Virus record (IMG/VR): IMGVR_UViG_3300029288_000059
Span: 1-64,000 of that record
Strand: one strand, 5' to 3'
DNA: 64,000 nucleotides
From: a virus
Taxonomy: Duplodnaviria; Heunggongvirae; Uroviricota; Caudoviricetes
This document shows, one piece after another, positions 50,228 to 59,177 of this stretch. The notes under the pieces are model-generated. The model saw nothing but the letters and a program-made list of their open reading frames with translations. It was not told where the DNA came from and searched no databases. Position numbers and translations under genes: made by a program. The stretch's first letter is position 1; every line of letters starts with the position of its first letter.

Positions 50228-50434
50228 ATGTATCGGTTAGACCAAGGAAGTAAGTTAGAAATTTATCCTACATTGACATTACCTAATAAACAAGGTGGCT
50301 GTAAAAATATTATATGGAAAACATCAATATTTAACCCTATTAAATATAACGTACTAACTATCTACAATGGTAAAGTAGTGAAGTTTAAATATATTAAAGG
50401 GAATCATAGGGTGATAGATAGTGATAACGTTTAA
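50228..50434 (+). CDS. small protein between gp47 and gp46, loose RxLEPY-family member
   Basis: MYRLD...LEIYP; KFKYIKG motif. Confidence 0.5.
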   Translation: MYRLDQGSKLEIYPTLTLPNKQGGCKNIIWKTSIFNPIKYNVLTIYNGKVVKFKYIKGNHRVIDSDNV

Positions 50435-52223
50435 TAAGTTATACATTCGTAATTTTATGTCTTTTGGTAACGTAACGGAAGAGATTGAATTAACAAAAGA
50501 ACAAGTAACTCTTATATTGGGTGAAAACCGTGATAAGGGAATTAATACGGGTGAACGTAATGGTGTAGGTAAGTCTTCTATCGCTATGGCATTACATTAT
50601 GCAATTACGGGTAAATCGATTGGTAATAAGATTAAACTATCCAATCTTATTAATAAGACGAATCGAAAGAATATGGAAGTCACACTCGAATTCTCCAAGA
50701 ACAATGTTCAATATAAGATTGAACGTGGTCGTCATCCTGAATATTTAAGATTTTATATACAAGATAACTTAGTTGTGGAAGATGCTGCACAAGGCGAAAA
50801 GAAAGATACTCAATTAGAGATATATAGACATTTGGGTATGAGTGCTGAACTGTTAAACCAAACAGTATTATTAACAACTTATGTTGAACAATTTCTCGAC
50901 CAAGGTGGAACAGAACAAAAGAACCTAATAGAAGAGTTACTTGGTATATCACTACTCACACAAAAGTCCGATAAATTAAAAGAGTTGATAAAAGTTACAA
51001 AACAAGCAATAGAACAAGAAGAATTTAAGATTAAAACTATCAATGACTCTAATAATAGATTATTAGAAGTTTATGAAGATGAACAAAATAGATTGTCATC
51101 TAAATTAAAAGAATGGGATATAACACATACTAATGCTATACAAAATTTACTATTGGATATAGAAACATTATCCACTGTTGATATTGAAAAAGAATTACAA
51201 AACCACGAAACAATGACTACGTGGAATATGTTGAATGATATGGTTATTAGAGCTACTAAAGATAAGTATTCATTAGAGAATAATCGTAAGTCTATACTAC
51301 GTGATATTAACACCATATCAGCTCGTATAGTGGAGATTGAAAAGAATATACAATGTGTCAATGAAGATATTTGTCCTACTTGTAAGCAGACTATATCCAA
51401 TAAGGAATTGATGATACAGACATTTACTAAGTCTTTAAATGATGAAGTAACTAAATTGGAAGGTAAGAAGAAAGATATTGTTGATGTTGATAATCGTATA
51501 AGTGAATGTATGGATAACATTGTTGCTATGCCACCCAAACCAACATTGTCATATAATAACATCAAAGATGTTTATTCCCATAAGGATAGATTACAGGAAA
51601 AAGTTAATAAACTAACTCATATACAAAATGAAGTTAATCCTTATATTGAACAGTTACAAAATAAACAAAAAATCCCGTTACAGGAGATATCACGTGAGGT
51701 ATATGATGACCTTAATAATATATTAACTCATCAAGTATTTTTGTTTCAAATGTTGTCATCCAAAAGTAGTTATGCACGTAAGCAAATATTGGAACGCAAT
51801 CTACAACACTTAAATATAAAACTTAAAAAGTATTTGGAGAAGTTGGGATTACCACATAAAGTTAAGATACTTGGTGATTTAAGTGTCGAGATAAACCACT
51901 TAGGGGAAGAATATGATTATGCGAACCTCAGTCGAGGGCAAAGAACAAGATTAACACTGGCTCTAATGTTTAGTTTTCGTGATGTATGGGAAAGCAGCAA
52001 TGATTCCATTAACTTAATGTTTATGGATGAAATTATTGATTTAGGATTAGATGATGCCGGTATGGAATCTGCATTAGAAATATTAAAGAGTTTTGCTCGT
52101 GATAGAGGTAGAAATATATTTCTTGTATCACATAAAGATAGTTTATGCTCACGTGTTAGTTCTACTATGAAAGTTATATACGAAGTTGGATTTAGTCGCA
52201 CTGAATGGGTTAATAATGTATAA
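50421..52223 (+). CDS. recombination ATPase gp46 (Rad50/SbcC-like)
   Basis: NFMSFG, NGVGKS, CPTC hook, LS.GQ, MDE..D, VSH. Confidence 0.92.
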   Translation: MITFNKLYIRNFMSFGNVTEEIELTKEQVTLILGENRDKGINTGERNGVGKSSIAMALHYAITGKSIGNKIKLSNLINKTNRKNMEVTLEFSKNNVQYKIERGRHPEYLRFYIQDNLVVEDAAQGEKKDTQLEIYRHLGMSAELLNQTVLLTTYVEQFLDQGGTEQKNLIEELLGISLLTQKSDKLKELIKVTKQAIEQEEFKIKTINDSNNRLLEVYEDEQNRLSSKLKEWDITHTNAIQNLLLDIETLSTVDIEKELQNHETMTTWNMLNDMVIRATKDKYSLENNRKSILRDINTISARIVEIEKNIQCVNEDICPTCKQTISNKELMIQTFTKSLNDEVTKLEGKKKDIVDVDNRISECMDNIVAMPPKPTLSYNNIKDVYSHKDRLQEKVNKLTHIQNEVNPYIEQLQNKQKIPLQEISREVYDDLNNILTHQVFLFQMLSSKSSYARKQILERNLQHLNIKLKKYLEKLGLPHKVKILGDLSVEINHLGEEYDYANLSRGQRTRLTLALMFSFRDVWESSNDSINLMFMDEIIDLGLDDAGMESALEILKSFARDRGRNIFLVSHKDSLCSRVSSTMKVIYEVGFSRTEWVNNV

Positions 52224-52235
52224 CTTGGGGGTAAT

Positions 52236-52424
52236 ATGAAAAGAGCAATAGAACCTTATATTGTTAAGGTTAATCAATATAATGATGATGTACCTAAATA
52301 TAGTAAATCTATAATCACAAAACGTGATACTGATATTCGTTGCAATGAATTACCTGATATGTTTCATAATACTGTGAGTATAAATGATTTTAAATATACG
52401 AACAACATACTAATACGATGGTGA
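52236..52424 (+). CDS. RxLEPY-family small protein (MKRAIEPY)
   Basis: Shared N-terminal motif; FKY. Confidence 0.65.
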   Translation: MKRAIEPYIVKVNQYNDDVPKYSKSIITKRDTDIRCNELPDMFHNTVSINDFKYTNNILIRW

Positions 52425-52430
52425 CAATGA

Positions 52431-52856
52431 ATGTATAGAACGCTGGAACCATATAATGAACTAGAATCAATAACAAGGAGGTTCTTTGCACATGGTCATC
52501 TAACTCCTAGTAATGTGAACAAAGCACGTTTAAATGTATCGAAGGGATTGCCAGTATATCAATATATTGATGGTAATGGGTTTTATGGAATTGTTTGGAG
52601 TGGAGTAAAGATTAGTAATCTTATTTCACGTTTTGAAATAAAAACATTCGTTGGTAACTCACATGAAGTTGAACAGAATTTTAAATATGTACTTGGTAAT
52701 TTTAAATTGTTAAACTCACCAACTAATAGTTATATATCAAACTTTAATAACTGTCCTTTGTTTATAGGTGGTAAATTTAGTTGTGATGTCCCGTTTAATA
52801 TCGGACTAACTATTAATGAGAAATGCCAAATTGAAATTTATTCGGGTGAGACATGA
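52431..52856 (+). CDS. RxLEPY-family protein with a degenerate LRR
   Basis: MYRTLEPY; FKYVLG; NFNNCPLFIGGKFSC. Confidence 0.7.
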   Translation: MYRTLEPYNELESITRRFFAHGHLTPSNVNKARLNVSKGLPVYQYIDGNGFYGIVWSGVKISNLISRFEIKTFVGNSHEVEQNFKYVLGNFKLLNSPTNSYISNFNNCPLFIGGKFSCDVPFNIGLTINEKCQIEIYSGET

Positions 52857-53080
52857 GACGCACATTAGAACCCATTAATATGATGATTATAATATCAGAA
52901 CCAATAAATCACTATATTAATGCTATTGAACGTACGAATTCATTTAGAGATGATTGCTATACATCAAGTTTTAAATTTCGAACTTATGATTATAAGTTCA
53001 TTGATTTCGGTATACAACATCCAATACTCCTATTGCCATATAACTCTTTTGGACTGAATGATTATTATTTTCACTATTAA
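52853..53080 (+). CDS. RxLEPY-family small protein (MRRTLEPI)
   Basis: Shared N-terminal motif. Confidence 0.62.
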   Translation: MRRTLEPINMMIIISEPINHYINAIERTNSFRDDCYTSSFKFRTYDYKFIDFGIQHPILLLPYNSFGLNDYYFHY

Positions 53081-53143
53081 CTATTTCAACCTTATATGTT
53101 ATGATGGATAACATTGAATGTTTATTAATAATGAGGATGGTTA

Positions 53144-53470
53144 ATGAAAAGAAATTTAGACCCATATATTAAGTATCCAAACTATTATACATTTGATAAA
53201 CCATGTATTCATTATTTATTACAACGTGAAATGATAGAAACAGTAACCAATGTCATTAGTCGTCCTTGTCAAACAATCATACTTGATAGTAATAATCATT
53301 TAAGTAGATTGAAATATGTGAGTTGTGAGTACGTTAGTTTATATGATATGAGATGGTCTTCTCGTTTGAATCAACCATTTATTGGCTACAAGTATTCTCA
53401 TCTTACGGGTGAGTGGGTTGATACTAAGTCATATGGGACAATAATAAAAGGTCATATTATGAATGTATAG
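53144..53470 (+). CDS. RxLEPY-family protein (MKRNLDPY)
   Basis: Shared N-terminal motif; LKYV. Confidence 0.65.
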   Translation: MKRNLDPYIKYPNYYTFDKPCIHYLLQREMIETVTNVISRPCQTIILDSNNHLSRLKYVSCEYVSLYDMRWSSRLNQPFIGYKYSHLTGEWVDTKSYGTIIKGHIMNV

Positions 53471-53819
53471 AAACTTAGAACCAACAAACAATGAAATACT
53501 AATGGGTTGTATGGCTGGAATATTCCCCAATGATAGAACTACTGATATTAAGTTTCCCACCCCAATCATGCTTGGCTCACCATTAACATCGAATTATAAT
53601 TTTCATTTAATCTGTAATAGTAGATGTAACAATGTTGTTACTAGACATAAATGTATTTTATTAATTAATAATAGTAATATTATGGGTCATGTTTTGAAGT
53701 ATATTAATGGAACATTAACCATTCGCCCAGTAGAACGATGTAAATTTCTAAAAGGTACAAATGGATTTCCAAAATATGTGAGAGAAATAGATTTACGTTT
53801 ACCCTTTTATAATATATGA
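53463..53819 (+). CDS. RxLEPY-family protein (MYRNLEPT)
   Basis: Shared N-terminal motif; LKYING; G.P.YV. Confidence 0.65.
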   Translation: MYRNLEPTNNEILMGCMAGIFPNDRTTDIKFPTPIMLGSPLTSNYNFHLICNSRCNNVVTRHKCILLINNSNIMGHVLKYINGTLTIRPVERCKFLKGTNGFPKYVREIDLRLPFYNI

Positions 53820-53846
53820 TGTTAATTAACATACTGAGTTTAAGAA

Positions 53847-54245
53847 ATGGCTATTAATTCAATACGGTGCTTAGAACCTTATGATATGAGTAAAGCCCAA
53901 AATATAGTAATAGATTGGGATTTATATAGTAGTCGGTATGGTTTTGAGTTGTATTATACCAACATGATAACAAGGGATGATGTTTGTTTAGCAATAATGG
54001 GTATTACGTCATTACCAAAATTTAAGTATTGTGGTGATACTTTTTATGTTCACAATAATAAATTGTCTAGTTTAAAAGGTAGTCCTATTTATGTAGGTGG
54101 CGATTTCCATTGTGAATTGAATAAGTTGACGAGTTGGGAAGATGGACCAATAGTCGTAAATGGGGAAGTTCGTTGTTGTGATAATAAGACAATGATTAAA
54201 TTACCTAAGAATTTATTAGTTAGAGGTAAATTTATAAATGTTTAG
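53847..54245 (+). CDS. RxLEPY-family protein with two clear 21-aa LRRs
   Basis: IRCLEPY; LPKFKY; NKLSSLKGSPIYVGGDFHC. Confidence 0.75.
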   Translation: MAINSIRCLEPYDMSKAQNIVIDWDLYSSRYGFELYYTNMITRDDVCLAIMGITSLPKFKYCGDTFYVHNNKLSSLKGSPIYVGGDFHCELNKLTSWEDGPIVVNGEVRCCDNKTMIKLPKNLLVRGKFINV

Positions 54246-54648
54246 AGAGTTAGAGCCATATAGTGAGAATAGTCTAACAAAACATTACCTTAAGAGGAAT
54301 AATGATTTAGGTTGGTATGATACCGTACCTAACTTAATCGGAAGGGACAATATCTTTATATATAACGGTATATCACATATTGATTGTAGTTTCCTATATC
54401 AATTCGTAGTACCAATATGTGATTTAAAAAATATAATTACTAGACAATCCGTTGGATGTGTTACATTTCAACGTAATAATATTATAATGAAATTCAAGTA
54501 TATGACTAATTCAATTACTTCTAGTGGTGATTGTGGGGCTTGTTGCTGGATACATAGTCATGTATTAACAAACAAGATGAAACAACGTATATTAGATAGT
54601 GGTAATTTTAATAATGGAGTCTATGACGGCACCTTATTTATGGAATGA
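54238..54648 (+). CDS. RxLEPY-family protein (MFRELEPY)
   Basis: Shared N-terminal motif; KFKY. Confidence 0.65.
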   Translation: MFRELEPYSENSLTKHYLKRNNDLGWYDTVPNLIGRDNIFIYNGISHIDCSFLYQFVVPICDLKNIITRQSVGCVTFQRNNIIMKFKYMTNSITSSGDCGACCWIHSHVLTNKMKQRILDSGNFNNGVYDGTLFME

Positions 54649-54664
54649 CAAGAGGAAGAACATA

Positions 54665-55159
54665 ATGTTCAATAATAGAAAGATTCAAGATGATGGTACG
54701 GTAATTCTTAACAACGACGGATTATTGGAATACTTGTATATTGATAGTTCCTTATCCAATGTTTGTTTTGAGGATACGGAAGAAGTCAAACAGTATAATG
54801 AATTAGCTAAAATATATAATTTACCAATTTTGAAAAATATAAATAACAAACAAAATAACGATTGGTTTATGCCAAATAAGTATAAGACGATGGATGTATA
54901 TGATTACTTTCATAGTATGTCGTTAAGTGAAGTACAGTTATTAAGAGTAGATGAAGAACTAATGTTATATGAAAAATATCACTTTATTAATGCTTTAAAG
55001 TTCATAATCTATTTGATTGATTACATGAAAAGTAATAGTATTATTTGGGGAGTAGGCAGAGGTAGTTCTTCTGCATCGTATTTATTGTATTTGGTTGATT
55101 TACATATGGTGGATTCATTAGCTTATAATATACCAATTACAGAATTTTTACATGATTAA
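54665..55159 (+). CDS. DNA polymerase III alpha (DnaE) fragment / split subunit
   Basis: R...E...Y, WGVGRGSS.ASY.LYL...H.VD. Confidence 0.8.
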   Translation: MFNNRKIQDDGTVILNNDGLLEYLYIDSSLSNVCFEDTEEVKQYNELAKIYNLPILKNINNKQNNDWFMPNKYKTMDVYDYFHSMSLSEVQLLRVDEELMLYEKYHFINALKFIIYLIDYMKSNSIIWGVGRGSSSASYLLYLVDLHMVDSLAYNIPITEFLHD

Positions 55160-55170
55160 GAGGTAGTAGG

Positions 55171-56067
55171 ATGAGTGAACTATATATACAACAAGATAAG
55201 GGTAAAGAATATAACTTATACAACATTAAAGATGAAGTTGTAGGTAGTTATATGTTACATCCTAAATCGGAAAATGTATTGAATGTGACTGTAAAGGGTA
55301 AATTTGTTTTACCTTATAAATTTAAATTGTATATGGATGTGTTAAAACTTAAAAAATTAGGACTTGTGATAGAGAAACAACCTAGTATTACTAAACAAGA
55401 AGAAGATATTTTATCTCAAACGTTAGATACTATGGATGATGATAACCTTGAAACGGTGAGATACATTGATAGTGTCCTACTAGACAGAATCCTGTCTGCG
55501 AAAAATCAAACGGAAGTTGATGTCATTGTGACAGATGTTAATTCTCATAAAGAGGACGAGTCATATAACACATACAGGAACGCCAATCCATCAGAAAAGG
55601 ATGATAATACTTCTATATTTAAGAATTGGTATTTACGTACATTTACCAATACGGATAAACAAATTGAACAATTAATGACGTGCTTAAATAATCGTTTAAT
55701 ACGACATGGTACGCCATTAACAGTTGATGAATTGAATTCATGTATTTTCCATATAACGCTAGAATATCGTAAGAGGTTTAAACCAAACGAAACATTAATA
55801 GAAATATATTCCTATTATGGATATCAACATTTGAAACCGAAGACTCTTGATCAAATATTACTATACCCCCCTCATTACTTTGGCAAGTATGGTAGCGATG
55901 AACATAAGTTATATTTCTTAATGGATAAAGTATCTAATAGAGATATTCCATTATCACTGTATAGATTATGCGACGCGTTTTTCACATCACTATCATTTGG
56001 ACAGTTAAACAGATATAAAGATTCTGTTAAATTAAAAGTATTTGAATCAATAATGAATTATAAGTAG
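55171..56067 (+). CDS. hypothetical protein with (W/L)YRTF...KQI domain
   Basis: GAGG RBS; shared motif. Confidence 0.65.
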   Translation: MSELYIQQDKGKEYNLYNIKDEVVGSYMLHPKSENVLNVTVKGKFVLPYKFKLYMDVLKLKKLGLVIEKQPSITKQEEDILSQTLDTMDDDNLETVRYIDSVLLDRILSAKNQTEVDVIVTDVNSHKEDESYNTYRNANPSEKDDNTSIFKNWYLRTFTNTDKQIEQLMTCLNNRLIRHGTPLTVDELNSCIFHITLEYRKRFKPNETLIEIYSYYGYQHLKPKTLDQILLYPPHYFGKYGSDEHKLYFLMDKVSNRDIPLSLYRLCDAFFTSLSFGQLNRYKDSVKLKVFESIMNYK

Positions 56068-56078
56068 GAGGAAGAAAT

Positions 56079-56309
56079 ATGGCTAAAAGTTTTAGAGGAC
56101 AACAAGTAGATATGGATAAGTTGGTTTTAACCAACCAACAATCCATTGCTATTGGTAATGCTAATATGAATGCCCGTGGGGATATTATTGGTAAGGGTGG
56201 GAAGATTATTAAGACTCGTGAGGAACAAAATAAGGAATTTCATGAAGCCAATCTATCTAATCCTGAACCGGAAAAAGTTAGTTTGAATGATGTAAAGGTG
56301 GATAAGTAA
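56079..56309 (+). CDS. conserved small phage protein
   Basis: G..VDM..L...N...A.GN..MNARGD.IG.GG. Confidence 0.7.
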   Translation: MAKSFRGQQVDMDKLVLTNQQSIAIGNANMNARGDIIGKGGKIIKTREEQNKEFHEANLSNPEPEKVSLNDVKVDK

Positions 56310-56310
56310 C

Positions 56311-56655
56311 ATGGGGAAGAATCAACTAATTGATGGTAAGTTAATACCTAAACCAAATGAGATTATTGTATCTAATATGGATAGAGGGTTAAAGGTAACA
56401 TTGGCTGGTATTATTGTACCAAACGATGAAATGACTGAACGAGGTATACACCCACGATGGGCTAAAGTTCATCGTGTTGGTTCTAATATCGATTATTTAA
56501 CTGCCGGACAATGGGTTCTTATTGAACATGGGTATTGGTCACATATTGTTGAAATAGTCGAAGATGGGGTTCCGTATGATTTACAAGTAATCATCAAAAA
56601 GAATATGGAACATTTATTAATGGTAAGTGATACTTGCCCAGATGGAGTAAATTAA
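56311..56655 (+). CDS. GroES-like co-chaperonin (T4 gp31-like)
   Basis: P....I.V......T..GII.......A.V..VG.......G.WVL. Confidence 0.75.
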   Translation: MGKNQLIDGKLIPKPNEIIVSNMDRGLKVTLAGIIVPNDEMTERGIHPRWAKVHRVGSNIDYLTAGQWVLIEHGYWSHIVEIVEDGVPYDLQVIIKKNMEHLLMVSDTCPDGVN

Positions 56656-56656
56656 G

Positions 56657-57697
56657 ATGGCTAAGAAAAAAACATTATTGACGGATACACCAGTACCTGT
56701 AATTGATAACAACAAGGTTGATGAAATGGATAAACCTACGGTTGAATCAATCTATCAACCATTAGAAGAATGTTTATCATTTGCATTCAAGCAGCTATTG
56801 GCAAAAGCATTCTATGTATCACCAAAGATTGTTAATTGTATGATTAAATCTATGAATGAAGTATATATTCATAATCCCCTATTATTGAAACAGGAAGTTG
56901 AAGTTTTAACCACCGTATTAGAAGATATATTAAAATCGGAAGATATTTTCTTTGGTTTGTCTAGTATCGTTAGTGATGAATTAATTATTAGATTGCCTAG
57001 TGAATTTAAGAAACAATTATCAACTGTTTATAACAACAGACCATTAATTGTTAAAACAATAACTAATGCATTACAAGTAGTATATGACGACTGTAAATTA
57101 GTAAGTAGTAATGATATTAAACAGTATTCTACCTTACTCACTGGGTTGACTACCGAAAACGTTGAACAACTAGAAGAACAAGTTGATAGTAAGGAAACTA
57201 TTAGTGTTAAAATCCGTGAACGAATTGGACATTCTATATTCGACGATAAAGAATTGTTAAATTATCCATTAACTACATCAAAGGATAATAGTGACAGACC
57301 GATTACGACAATGAATGAAAAGGGTAAGTATAATACTATTAGTATTGATAACGACGTACTGGATGGTATCAAAGATACAATGTCACGTATTAGTAAAGAT
57401 TGTAAGGACGTAAAACCAACAAATTTACTAAAAGTTAAAAATTGGTTATATCGTACTTTTACTCCGATACAAAAACAGGTGAGTGATTTACGTGAAGTGA
57501 TGAGTCATCAGTCAAAAGATTCTGTCTTATCACGAGAACAATATTACAGTACCATCCAATATGGAATTAGAACAAAGTTTAGGCAAGACGCTACATTAAG
57601 AGTATTAAGTGAACGTAATCCTAACTTGCGTTCATTATTGGATTTAATAGGGGATGACCATATTCCATTAAAAGTAAAGAAACGTTGGTTTAAATAA
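56657..57697 (+). CDS. hypothetical protein with C-terminal WLYRTF domain
   Basis: ORF; shared motif. Confidence 0.65.
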   Translation: MAKKKTLLTDTPVPVIDNNKVDEMDKPTVESIYQPLEECLSFAFKQLLAKAFYVSPKIVNCMIKSMNEVYIHNPLLLKQEVEVLTTVLEDILKSEDIFFGLSSIVSDELIIRLPSEFKKQLSTVYNNRPLIVKTITNALQVVYDDCKLVSSNDIKQYSTLLTGLTTENVEQLEEQVDSKETISVKIRERIGHSIFDDKELLNYPLTTSKDNSDRPITTMNEKGKYNTISIDNDVLDGIKDTMSRISKDCKDVKPTNLLKVKNWLYRTFTPIQKQVSDLREVMSHQSKDSVLSREQYYSTIQYGIRTKFRQDATLRVLSERNPNLRSLLDLIGDDHIPLKVKKRWFK

Positions 57698-57708
57698 GGA
57701 GTTGAGAG

Positions 57709-58029
57709 ATGTATAAATTAATCGCGGATAAATTGTATCGAACCTTTGTACCTACTAATAGACAAATCGAAACATTAATGACAAAAATGGCGGAAGAAGC
57801 GGATGTAATGTGTGGGTATCCAATATGTAATAGTGAAATCGGTGAACAAATCAAAAAAGTACAAACTAGTATATATAACGTGTCAAAAGAGACTGGTAAT
57901 TGGATACCTAATAGACAAACGTTATTGGTGTTGGGGTATAATAGTATGTCTGATAAGGGTATGTTAAATAGGTATGCACTACGAGTGAAGAGACGGGTTA
58001 CATATTATTTAACCCATGAACTTATATAA
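57709..58029 (+). CDS. hypothetical protein, stand-alone LYRTF domain
   Basis: AAGGAG RBS; shared motif. Confidence 0.65.
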   Translation: MYKLIADKLYRTFVPTNRQIETLMTKMAEEADVMCGYPICNSEIGEQIKKVQTSIYNVSKETGNWIPNRQTLLVLGYNSMSDKGMLNRYALRVKRRVTYYLTHELI

Positions 58030-58033
58030 CCCA

Positions 58034-58096
58034 TTGACTTAGTATCATTCTTACCTATATAATGGCGTTATAATTAATTTTATAACGCCATTATAT
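58034..58096 (+). promoter_or_regulatory. sigma70 promoter overlapped by a perfect 17-bp inverted repeat
   Basis: TTGACT-18-TATAAT; ATATAATGGCGTTATAA/TTATAACGCCATTATAT. Confidence 0.7.
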
Positions 58097-59109
58097 TGAG
58101 TAACATCATGTACCAACTAACCTGTAATGATATCGTATATAACGGTTTAAAACATTTTATTAAATGGAATAATGCTTTAGGTTTAACATTACTCAATAAG
58201 GTTGATTTGGATTTAACAACTTGTGGTATTATGTCCTACAATGAAAAGTATAATTGGATTAAAGTACCATTAATAAGTGATTCGACACAGGTTGGTACGG
58301 TTAAAGTTAAGGAACATACATTCAAATTAAAATACTTTCAACGAGGTGATGTATCAAACTGTTCAATCGAAACTAAACCAACAAATAATGAAAAACTATC
58401 AATCGAAATACATACATTATGGAATCAAATTAATGAAATTATTAATCTATATTCTGACTATAAGAATGATGGATTTAAAGGGCGGGCAGTAACATCATTT
58501 AATACATTAGACGTTATAGCACATACAATCAAAGTTGTCGATATACATAGCTTTGTACCCGCTAGTGATAGGAACAATATACCAACTTATTCACGTGTAT
58601 TGAACTCTTTACTACCATATAATACAGTATCACCATCACCTACTATTGAACAATACGATAGAGCAAAGTTATTAATGGATAAGTTTGGTAATATCTCTAA
58701 TCCTCCACCAACCATCCTAGATAGTTTTAGTGAACAATTAGAACAAAAGATTACAAGATTATGTAAGCATGATGATATCACTTTTAAAGACTTACCAACA
58801 ATAGTATGTATTGTTCAATGGCAACTAGAAGAAGCAACGTTACCTACTAGTATTGGTAAAGTAGGGGATAAAATTAAGATAACCGTTGAAGTGATTACCA
58901 ATCGTGAAGTATTGGGTGTGTTTGGGAAATATAATGAGTTATATATGAGAAGTGATGATGGACAGGAATATGATTGGTACAGTAATAGATACTTTGATGT
59001 CGTTAGAGGTGATAAGTTGGAATTAATGGGCGTTATCGCATCTGTCCAACAGAAGTATGGTAGGATAAGAACACGTATTAATTATGTTAAATTATTGAAT
59101 CGCTTATAA
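58096..59109 (+). CDS. hypothetical protein with C-terminal OB-fold
   Basis: IG.VG.KI...V.V.......FG......W.S....G..L...G.I.....T.INYVK. Confidence 0.6.
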   Translation: MSNIMYQLTCNDIVYNGLKHFIKWNNALGLTLLNKVDLDLTTCGIMSYNEKYNWIKVPLISDSTQVGTVKVKEHTFKLKYFQRGDVSNCSIETKPTNNEKLSIEIHTLWNQINEIINLYSDYKNDGFKGRAVTSFNTLDVIAHTIKVVDIHSFVPASDRNNIPTYSRVLNSLLPYNTVSPSPTIEQYDRAKLLMDKFGNISNPPPTILDSFSEQLEQKITRLCKHDDITFKDLPTIVCIVQWQLEEATLPTSIGKVGDKIKITVEVITNREVLGVFGKYNELYMRSDDGQEYDWYSNRYFDVVRGDKLELMGVIASVQQKYGRIRTRINYVKLLNRL

Positions 59110-59177
59110 ACATTTTGACTTTAAAATTCTATACGATATAATACGTAATAAGTTATTTAAAATTGAGGAGAATATAA

